Shown: in pieces, positions 12,701 through 16,104 of the stretch
Position numbering within the stretch: position 1 is the stretch's first letter
Layout: each line of letters opens with the position of its first letter
Source of the DNA: an uncultured Bordetella sp.
GTDB taxonomy: Bacteria; Pseudomonadota; Gammaproteobacteria; Burkholderiales; Burkholderiaceae_E
Assembly (NCBI GenBank): GCA_964654745.1
Contig: CAZZKA010000001.1
Span: 1 to 52,536, forward strand
Length of the DNA stretch: 52,536 bases
Reading direction: 5' to 3'
The notes under the pieces: generated by a model
What the model was told of the DNA's origin: nothing
The model's input: only the letters and a program-made list of their open reading frames with translations
Database searches by the model: none
Program-made: the position numbers and the translations under genes

Positions 12701-15680
12701 ACAGCCCATCGATACCGACCTCCAGTTGTTGCCGGGTGGTCGAGCCGATAGCCACCTGCCTGCTGTCGATGCGGAGACTGCCGGCAAGCGAGCCCCAGGA
12801 CCCGAGTTGCAACGTCGCATTGGCGATCGATACCGAGCTCACCGGCCGCTCATCGGCAAATGCCATCGCAACCGTGCTGCCATCGGCGAGGGTCAGGGTT
12901 TCATTGACGCTTGCGCCCAGGCGATTGATTTCGACGCGCGCTCGCTGCGCTGACAAGGAAAACTGATTACCCGCCGTGCTGAGCGCGGCCCCGCCCTCAG
13001 CGACGAGCGCGAACCCTGCCTGACCCACCGCATCGGTACGGAGGATGAGGCCAAGCCTCGCATCGGTCACTCTGACCTGGGCACCGGACGATCCGATCAA
13101 CGCGTTGAGCCCGGTCCCGGCGATGATCAGGCGGTCACCGGCAGGGGTGGTTTGGCGGCTGATGCTGAGGTTGCCGCTGATCTCGCCGAAGCCCGCCACC
13201 GCGAGGGTGGCACCCGCCAAGCTGACCGAATAGGTCCCGGCGGCCCCGTCGAAGACGACCCGGCCCGCTGTAGCGGTAAGGGTCAGGCCCGCCACGCCAC
13301 CGATTTCGATCTGGCCGCTCAGCTCGCCGCTGCGGCGGCGCTCGGCATCGATGCGCAGTTGCCCACTTGCCTGGTTGAGACGCACGAAGGCCGGGCCTGC
13401 AGCAAGCAGCCACTGGGCATTGGCGATGCTCAGCTGCCAGGCGTTGGCGAGCCGCTCATAGGCGATCGTGAACTGGCCCGAGAGGCGGTTGTCGCCCAAC
13501 ACGAGCGCGCCCTGAACAGGCAGGCTGAGGACATCGCCCACCTGATCGAGCACAAACTGGCGGCCGGAAGCGAGCGTAAAGCGGCGCGCCTCAGCCCAAT
13601 CGATGGTCACGCCCTGAAGGTTCTGCGCCACCGTAATCGCGCGGTTGATCGACCACTGGGCGGATTCGAGATTGTCGAGGGCATAGCCAGCAACCACCAT
13701 GGCCTTGGCCGCGCCGCGGCTCGAAAGCCAGCTGTTGCCGTCCTTATCCCGGGCATACACCAGAGCGAATTCGGCCTCGGTGGCGGAAACTGCGCCTGAA
13801 CTGGAAGCGCCAGGAATGAGCGCGACCAGACCGCGCGATCCCGAAAGCGCGTACTCGGTGAGTTGGATCGTCTGCCCGTTGGAGAGCAGGCGCACCCGCT
13901 TTTGCGCATCGAGCGCGAGATCACCCTCAAGCCGGCCCAGGCCCTGCACCTGAATCGCAAAACGGCCGCTCATCTGCAGCGCGTTGGCCGGCAGGTCGAC
14001 CAGCAGGTCGCCACCACCGGGGAGCTTGAGCGAGCGCAGCAGCGCCTGATCGTGTTCGTTGTAGCTCAGCCTCACCCGCTGCCCGGTCAGCTGAACCGCA
14101 CTGTCCAGGGCGACCGACACATCGAGCAGACCCTGAACCGCGGTCCGACTGGTGGCCTCGCCCAGCCCCGTAGTCGGACTTGAGGTGCGGAAAACGACGC
14201 CCAGCGCGCCATTCTGTCCCGCGAGGGTCAGCAGGCCGAGGCTGAGTTCGGCTGCGGTCAGTTGGACACCGACCAGCAGCTCCTGGGTGGTGACGCCCTC
14301 CGCGGCCTCGGTCTGGCTCGCAAAGGTCACGCCCCCTTTTACCCAGCCCAGGCTGCCCAGCTGTAACGTCGCGTCACTCGCCTCGAACCGTCCGCCCGGA
14401 CTGTCGCTCGAGGCGAGATAGGACACCGATCCCTGCATCGAGACGCCGGCGCCTGCCTGCAGCGTCGCAGCGCCGCTCACCTGCAGGCTGAAGCGCGCGG
14501 GCGCCGAGGAAATCGACAGCGCGCCGTCGGAGAGGAGCAGCGCCGCACCCCGGGCCGGGTCGCCGGCGCGCATCTGCAGACCCTGCGCCGACACAGAGAG
14601 GACGCCCTGCGCCTGATCGTAGCCGAGCGTGAAATTGCCGGCGATCGACGGCCCGCTTCCGGCCGAAAGCGAGCCCTGCCCGGTCAGGCTCGCCTGCAGG
14701 GTCCCCGGACCCATCACCAGTTTGCCGGCGAGATTGGTCAGCGCTCCGTTCAAACCCGGCAGAGACCACTGCGCATTGACGCTCTGGGCAGTCAGCGTGG
14801 TCTCGACCTGGTTACCGGCCAGCAGGCCGACGGCGACCTGCCAGGTACCGGATAGCCTCAGGCCCGATATGTCGAGCGAAGCATCGAGCGATACAGCTGC
14901 CTGCGAAACCTGGTTGGCAACTTGGGTGAGCCATTGGTCCAGGGCCTGCTGCGCTTGTGGTATGGAAGCAACATTTAGCTGTTGTAAACCTGGCAATTGC
15001 GTTGCAACCAGCCGCAGACGGTTTGCCTCGTAGAGCGGCTTGAGAAAAATTCCGTTGCCCGCATAGAGCCCGGTGTAGCTCGTGAAAACGCCCTGACGCG
15101 ACGACCAGGTCATCACATCAAACACCTGGCCGGCGGTCGGTCTGAAATCGTTTATGAAATCGAGCGACAGGGTCCCAGCCAGCTTGGCCTCGCCCGATAC
15201 AGCGACTCGATCGTAGCCATCGAGTACCTGCGGCTGGCCTGCGCCGGGTGTGAGGCCGCCGATTTCGATCTTGAGTTTGCCGCTGGCCTGTTGCTCGAAA
15301 GACTGGACCGTCAGGATCCCTGGCGACTCACCCGGTGCGACCACTCCGCCGTTATTGAGCGGACCATCCCACACACCCGTGCCGAGCAGCGTGTAGCCCT
15401 GATTTAACGCAAGCGACTGGCCTTGCTCAGAGGGAGAATTGAGGTTGAGGAGCGATCCGGAGGGCGATTGCAACTGCAGCGGGTCGCCGGTTGCGGCGCC
15501 GGGCCACTGGGTCTGCGACGCGCTCGAACTGTCATCGGCGAGCACCTGCAAGGGCGCCGATTCGGCCGCTCGCACCTCGGGCTGATCGGAGCCGCTGACA
15601 GGCAAATCCGCCGCCAGCAGGATCCGCTGCTCAAGGACTTCCACCCGAACCGCAGGCAAAGCTTTTTTGCGTTTGGCCAA
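1..15680 (-). CDS. Giant repetitive secreted/surface protein, LEPR-XLL-like N-terminus, C-terminally truncated by the window edge (>=5,226 codons)
   Basis: I scanned every 60-nt line in the minus frame whose codon first bases fall at coordinates = 2 mod 3. No in-frame stop (plus-strand CTA/TCA/TTA) occurs from 15686 down to 1. The first upstream in-frame stop is TGA at 15689-15687. The proposed start is TTG at 15680-15678, with AAGGGGG (reverse complement of 15691-15697) 10 nt upstream. Hand translation is coherent at both ends: N-terminus MAKRKKALPAVRVEVLEQRILLAADLPVSGSDQPEV, window edge ...LVGRGKVTVAFDSSSSAGVTSQGYSIRFAQGVTVSSVTATA. The ORF track omits it because it has no stop inside the window. 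No track ORF inside the gene body is in this frame. Confidence 0.9.
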   Translation of the reverse strand, partial: MAKRKKALPAVRVEVLEQRILLAADLPVSGSDQPEVRAAESAPLQVLADDSSSASQTQWPGAATGDPLQLQSPSGSLLNLNSPSEQGQSLALNQGYTLLGTGVWDGPLNNGGVVAPGESPGILTVQSFEQQASGKLKIEIGGLTPGAGQPQVLDGYDRVAVSGEAKLAGTLSLDFINDFRPTAGQVFDVMTWSSRQGVFTSYTGLYAGNGIFLKPLYEANRLRLVATQLPGLQQLNVASIPQAQQALDQWLTQVANQVSQAAVSLDASLDISGLRLSGTWQVAVGLLAGNQVETTLTAQSVNAQWSLPGLNGALTNLAGKLVMGPGTLQASLTGQGSLSAGSGPSIAGNFTLGYDQAQGVLSVSAQGLQMRAGDPARGAALLLSDGALSISSAPARFSLQVSGAATLQAGAGVSMQGSVSYLASSDSPGGRFEASDATLQLGSLGWVKGGVTFASQTEAAEGVTTQELLVGVQLTAAELSLGLLTLAGQNGALGVVFRTSSPTTGLGEATSRTAVQGLLDVSVALDSAVQLTGQRVRLSYNEHDQALLRSLKLPGGGDLLVDLPANALQMSGRFAIQVQGLGRLEGDLALDAQKRVRLLSNGQTIQLTEYALSGSRGLVALIPGASSSGAVSATEAEFALVYARDKDGNSWLSSRGAAKAMVVAGYALDNLESAQWSINRAITVAQNLQGVTIDWAEARRFTLASGRQFVLDQVGDVLSLPVQGALVLGDNRLSGQFTIAYERLANAWQLSIANAQWLLAAGPAFVRLNQASGQLRIDAERRRSGELSGQIEIGGVAGLTLTATAGRVVFDGAAGTYSVSLAGATLAVAGFGEISGNLSISRQTTPAGDRLIIAGTGLNALIGSSGAQVRVTDARLGLILRTDAVGQAGFALVAEGGAALSTAGNQFSLSAQRARVEINRLGASVNETLTLADGSTVAMAFADERPVSSVSIANATLQLGSWGSLAGSLRIDSRQVAIGSTTRQQLEVGIDGLSGSLSLGGPAVSLSGGSGALLLFSETVSNQPVLRYAIQAEGEAALTGVAGLSLSAQRLQVGINRSGAAVERSIATPGGWVLMDQIDNETRVRGYAAVGIGDWLSAEGDIFLESRRNQTLTLSDGSTATADLLLLGGAGLSASVRAGASLALGNVNLAMALSTETTGAQRRWLSTSATVGSAEVTGVARASIDIGMLDINRQLASDGALYAGGDEKVINWRPGANSAGLPLVISDTAALVLDTQVSRLATAVQGTLAIGGAQISGTFHVVAGSVVENGQTVPAWQVLATNASVSLQANGARASIENVTGDLRISSSGVTGTLSGDGSVTGINGVSASGSLSASFANDRLKLAGAMELGIAGVGQLAGSFSVIREPAIQSVPVFESLSSTVGAGATVGTSRAGGEITTAVVRLNVSDQTGKFTREGLYTISWGGQSQTFSTLDADTAAGRPVTDEVLAARIQAAFERLAVVGAGNVQVKGTRTGGFDAEFIGSLAGQPIALASAGDQPGLWLIQPPDPADKNDWGVIEETAAMQIARSEVQQLVLNRASGAGGSFTLSLAGSVTAPIVVDGSDSAVNERQVLTITAANRASGQFWLSLDGRTTSKVRFSADPTYHTAQLQQALEAVVGAGNVSVSYQKGYTGHNSVDYVIDFRGARAGLDVSALQGFSSSSDIKLALKTVRQGSPGFSVIKQARAIETALQTALGTGNVSVAYDPASTLSSSRFQISFAGTLAAQNLPALQVGAASAGLSPSVSTSRDGSAAIGAVQTVRLYDERVVGTFELSLWMQGKTHTTGPLSFSASAQQVKSALLAARAPDGQSLAQRGVELAVDLLTQSDGAKVWRVAFGGSASDLDLDVMLGRITSAVAAPEAGLAVFRQASTSSETQTLSLPVPAGRFRLAFDGLNQTTDILDAATLTAQSLRDALAGLPAISSGDNLAVAATGTAGQYTVAYQGGLAARDVPSLVVLPVQTLSLAMTGGLRPTAVSVQLADRSDVSAELSIAGLGDEAIAQTLKLLIGSLPDLSADHVSVQARAGQPLTFDVSFVNGLAGAPMPQLKATVSRVAQVSAERLLIGANGVTAQVGSGGVGAAVQNGELALLVTKRADGTDGYALQVSGNAALSGFSGSVTLSAAAQLRVNALGEAVNLSIPTGLTTSSTLAFADGLARKELVITNGRIDVTGLGHVQGDLKLVTTNRISNGVVTTDVSIGFENAGGTLSLGGAQASLTGAAGALMLRHQVDAAGAITRRVALQADGNVALTAPGLNLNAALRVSYSRWGEALAATVATPSSDYAVSMLDGETRLNGQATVTLADTLELSGALSIESRLAQTVTLTNGSQIQTKQLVVSGAGVGAVLRSGASQIASLGGIDIAAIVSTEDVTSNARRWITGSTALSSASVMGYTLSDLQSAQMHINRAYDAAGALISAANHATDAARSVINWATNPQTISLSATKSLVLAQSLPRFEIPVSGSIDIGGALISGDFKITLDQSGADKVWTVDAAGASVGFRSGGAYVGIEGASGTLVLGPGNTRSGSISGTAVVEGLAGVSASGNFSASFSGTGLTLSGSSMAINVAGFGSLSGNLTASKSAGGQILIGATGVSASFGAGGAGVTVSNANLGLYIAGTSETGAGYALVADGSASLNGFSGVSLTATASVRINTLGQTVNAQIGGVSISFADRSRIQEVSISSGSLSVTGLGTVSGALAITSSASVVNGQTVNDMRIGLSGVSGSLSLGALTAQLSSGAGAILLKKIGSAASTHAVQLEGNVSLAGSGVSLTASQMRVAYNRLGSAVRGLAVNTGAGSYTVDLLDNETRVSGVATASVAGLTVSGEVFVEARNAVSQALQGGGTVSLNQTVLGGTGLSLVYASGSSTLAQLGGVDLALVFSQNAADAGQRWLTALGNLGSINVLGNALADLRTAQLRLNQAMDAAGNFIEDNSRAALDWSGAQARTIALSAIDSGKQALINMADRRWEIPVSGALDFGPTRLSGDFKIVLDKDAASGQRIWDIQAQNVSVGVSASGASVALSNGSGSFYLNGANRTGTMTGTASVSGLAGLSFSGTLSASFSANNLRLSGNNVSVAVDGFGSLSGSFSVEKDSSSDPRLLVGLGNVQADFGGVTISGGSLGLYIARNALGESGYALVANGTAGVSGLADLSLSATAAVRVNTLGEAVSRSITVGGASLAIEFASGNAVKELLISDGTVSISALGGQLRGAMGIRSETVTTGGITTSTLRIGLSGVSGQLTPGGVGATLSGASGAILIEKITPSGGTASSRYALQVGGNLALSGISGVTLDAQELSIAYNRLGRALENEVVATGSGDYAMNLLDNETRVRGRMNVEVAGALSVSGDMFIESRSDANAATVTLTDGNSVSVNQLIFGGAGISGSLGNSTVGASLRDLDIAVVLSTERGAGTRRWISAQALLGAATVQGYALADIRSARLLLNTELVNGALELSGTRSVIDWNGPADSASTAIAISPDQSLSFAQGQRTFKLDVDGAMAFGPASMSGQFNIELDQSAQGDRAWHIRATNVSVGLQANGARVGLSNGTGDLWLGKNDASGAYGAAQRSGVITGTASVTGVSDLTLTGTFATRFDSQGNLELAGAADIAIAGFASINGQFAVTQNALQTAQPASQTATQTAGVTASITETQQGGVRSSSSFRLAVAEGSGSSLRVREGSYSLAYGSASAQVRLLAADQDAVWLQKLQAAAQSLFGFGNAVVTGTKEGGFAITLAGTLSGQAIQGLSVTLPADPSQRSDWGSNYLIAQATTASGAVHALDLMPAGTEGTITYGFDFQARSDTRLRLGAYDSASGRFREGVYAFSFAGTTVSVGSLSASGSALTDTVLRERLGSAFEQLFGAGNVLVSGSRSAGFELRFTGSWAGQSVAVDSAAGGTGLFMRAPTDPAAAVAASDRSEVIQQAQSGSIPSAYTLRIQVPAGGATTNSDSFALSFANSPKSASVKFVNLQDSQGRHLIDALMALTGSTATYSTRLLTANVAGQPQKVYQSSDITVRQIRSPSYDQAYEISFTGTMAERVRALGQLSATNTGVTAGMQYALTGASGSTAAATGAVHTLSRWPADIAGTFTLSLQVGGQTFRTAAISMQASASALQSALLAATATAGASLGSTGVTATVTVNAQGLWQIAFGGSALGQSIAAISREVNAQTAPAATLTVLSSGLTGAAGQYTTAPISFATLNDTTSGGAALVSALLAAKTADGRAFSATGATASASFDVAANQWRVTLGGAAVGQQFAPLQGTVTPRQAPAASLTQTATGSTTSEVQRLQVSAAGAFQLGFNGRFTTVLQSEGLTAAALRSALEALSTIGSGNVAVELAGGGWDIRFQGALAGRNVAPLAVQAVRTIDLRFSDTGELASAIRIRPAGGSDWVHTIDVRAAASAQAWQAELKTALESLPGVGRNNIALQEVAGTPGTFRLVATGALTGKALPAVELQLLKAVAEPDNYLLIGASGVNVAVGTASAGVVINQAELGLVISRNTPPQVGVVAAKPGFALYASGQASLSGFSGQVSLQADAVVQINTLGRAVSQSVKTGLTSPNRTVAFSDGIERKEITILQGSIDVAGAVQVSGQLKLVSTTQTKTVNGQASTVTDIRIGVDQANGSLSAGSASITLSGGTGAVVLRHTTTGSGATATVTKQYAAVAEGNVAVAGVPGLDVKADSLLIAVNRWGSALVDEVATARGTYRLDLVDNETRARGRMSVDLAGVVQASGDLFIESRTDQAVLLSDGSSARVNQLLVGGANLAARFGNSTVGAALQQTQLGVVIATELVSTGQTARRWLATRAQVGSAELAAGVRADITGASLEINRQFGSTGLLAPGGVVIDWNGADDRQSTTLTLAPGRSLVLADGAQVFKLAIKGSLWFGPAELGGEFDLVLNEEAQGQSWTISARNAYASVAAGTARVSLSSGNGQILIAADGTKSGSVSGVAAVTGVDGLTLEGTLATRFDGSGNFQLAGAVQLGIAGFANLSGEFAVTKQTPVRIVPPEVISRAQTQAEGVVSELQAGGVMTSTVYRLTASRTASDGSLAFREGAYVFSYGGRSETIRSTGLNDAAFAAELTRGLNVLLGAGAVSVGGTRAAGFSITLVGSAYNGRLVTGLGMTPPADPSYKDEWGSISVTSLGTAAAVSRHYLLLTPQASTVTGAKLRLQLAMPDGTRTTADIRYIADKNRQTVAIQEALEALVGRGKVTVAFDSSSAGVTSQGYSIRFAQGVTVSSVTATA
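740..2333 (-). repeat. Super-repeat module M5 (~531 aa)
   Basis: Begins DNYLLIGASGVNVAVG. Core is TYRLDLVDNETRARGRMSVDLAGVVQASGDLFIESRTDQAVLLSDGSSARVNQLLVGGAN (DNETR at 1581-1595). Also contains ARRWLAT, IDW, GEFDLVLN. Ends GIAGFANLSGEFAVT. Confidence 0.85.
2334..4841 (-). repeat. Array B of about seven ~100-aa GNV-signature units
   Basis: Codon-checked unit at about 2640-2880: TSEVQRLQVSAAGAFQLGFNGRFTTVLQSEGLTAAALRSALEALSTIGSGNVAVELAGGGWDIRFQGALAGRNVAPLAVQ. Other units end GAGNVLVSGSRSAGFELRFTGSWAGQSVAV, LWQIAFGGSALGQSIAAI, QWRVTLGGAAVGQQFAPL, GTFRLVATGALTGKALPAV. Confidence 0.8.
4842..6410 (-). repeat. Super-repeat module M4 (~523 aa)
   Basis: Begins DPRLLVGLGNVQADFGG. Core is AYNRLGRALENEVVATGSGDYAMNLLDNETRVRGRMNVEVAGALSVSGDMFIESRS (DNETR at 5715-5729). 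Also contains TRRWISA, IDW, GQFNIELD. Ends AGFASINGQFAVT. Confidence 0.85.
6411..7950 (-). repeat. Super-repeat module M3 (~513 aa)
   Basis: Begins GGQILIGATGVSASFG. Codon-checked core is NTGAGSYTVDLLDNETRVSGVATASVAGLTVSGEVFVEAR (DNETR at 7269-7283). Also contains GQRWLTA, LDW, GDFKIVLD. Ends DGFGSLSGSFSV. Confidence 0.85.
7951..9510 (-). repeat. Super-repeat module M2 (~520 aa)
   Basis: Begins ERLLIGANGVTAQVGSGG. Core is DYAVSMLDGETRLNGQATVTLADTLELSGALSIESRLAQTVTLTNGS (DGETR at 8808-8822). Also contains ARRWITG, INW, GDFKITLD. Ends VAGFGSLSGNLTAS. Confidence 0.8.
9511..11589 (-). repeat. Array A of about six ~100-aa GNV-signature units
   Basis: Codon-checked example at 10741-10980: NERQVLTITAANRASGQFWLSLDGRTTSKVRFSADPTYHTAQLQQALEAVVGAGNVSVSY...VIDFRGARAGLDVSAL. 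Other units end GNVQVKGTRTGGFDAEFIGSLAGQPIAL, GTGNVSVAYD...FQISFAGTLAAQNLPAL, YTVAYQGGLAARDVPSL, FDVSFVNGLAGAPMPQL. Confidence 0.75.
11590..13140 (-). repeat. Super-repeat module M1 (~517 aa)
   Basis: Begins GDRLIIAGTGLNALIGSSGAQVRV. Core is WVLMDQIDNETRVRGYAAVGIGDWLSAEGDIFLESRRNQTLTLSDGS (DNETR at 12432-12446). Also contains QRRWLS and INW. Ends GIAGVGQLAGSFSV. Confidence 0.8.
13141..14290 (-). repeat. Degenerate, shortened copy (M0) of the ~520-aa super-repeat
   Basis: It keeps the C-terminal-half landmarks: GYALDNLESAQWSINR, IDW, LSGQFTIAY...W, AVAGFGEISGNLSISR. It lacks a clean DNETR/FIESR core. Confidence 0.5.
14291..15680 (-). other. N-terminal head region of the giant protein (leader plus SPGILTV-type segment)
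   Basis: Translated segment: LEQRILLAAD ... GTGVWDGPLNNGGVVAPGESPGILTVQSFEQQASGKLKIEIGGLTPGAGQPQVLDGYDRVAVSGEAKLAGTLSLDFINDFRPTAGQVFDVMTWSS. The PGxSPGxLTV ... G.L.IE.GG ... D.v.V.G.a.LaGtL pattern is common in heads or tails of very large beta-solenoid surface proteins. Confidence 0.6.
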
Positions 15681-16104
15681 AACCTGTCAGCCCCCTTGAA
15701 GCTCCGCTGCGACCGGTCGTTGCGATCGACATTCGCCCAGATACGAGATGCCTGGAACCAGTGCAGCCAGCCCGTTCGATCTGCCTCAGAGCCCGGCGTT
15801 GCTCCGTCTTGCGCGGATTTGACGCCAGTAAACAAACCAGTGTAGCCAAGTCAAGCCGCAAACGGGTGATCGATTTTGGTGGCGTTACGTATCGATTCGG
15901 AAAACGTCATCCCGTCTGCACCCCCAAGGGCCGGCCAGCGGGTTGAGAACAGAGCCTTCGGAGGGGGGCAGCCTCTGGGTTCGGCCCGGAGCGATCGGAA
16001 GATCGATCCAGAACGTATTGCCTAGGTCGTTTGATGGATCAAAGCCTGCCGCTCCGCTGCGCTGGCTCAAGCTCCATACCGCCGACGCGCGCGACAATCG
16101 AACG
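15681..16104. promoter_or_regulatory. Divergent intergenic/promoter region between the giant gene and the P-type ATPase
   Basis: About 420 nt with no convincing coding frame. It contains ATCGAT hexamers at 15869, 15891 and 16002, and an exact 11-mer GCTCCGCTGCG at 15701-15711 and 16051-16061. Confidence 0.5.

Noticed and set aside
1-15680. Whether the periodic DNA in the first 15.7 kb could be a CRISPR array, satellite or mobile-element repeat
   Set aside because: The repeat units are about 0.3 kb and about 1.55 kb long and diverge at the DNA level. They are conserved mainly at the protein level within one open frame. There are no short identical direct repeats with unique spacers.
1-15680. 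Calling the giant protein an RTX/T1SS adhesin, autotransporter or filamentous haemagglutinin
   Set aside because: I saw no GGxGxD nonapeptide runs, no TPS domain and no Sec signal. The C-terminus, where a T1SS signal or beta-barrel would lie, is outside the window. The class therefore cannot be assigned from this sequence.
92-15861. Dozens of 60-260 aa ORFs on both strands across the first 15.7 kb (for example 718-1503, 6139-6798, 8427-9170, 10779-11660, 11901-12632, 13152-13799)
   Set aside because: All lie in frames other than the continuous minus frame. They overlap one another and have Arg/Pro/Ser-rich shadow composition.
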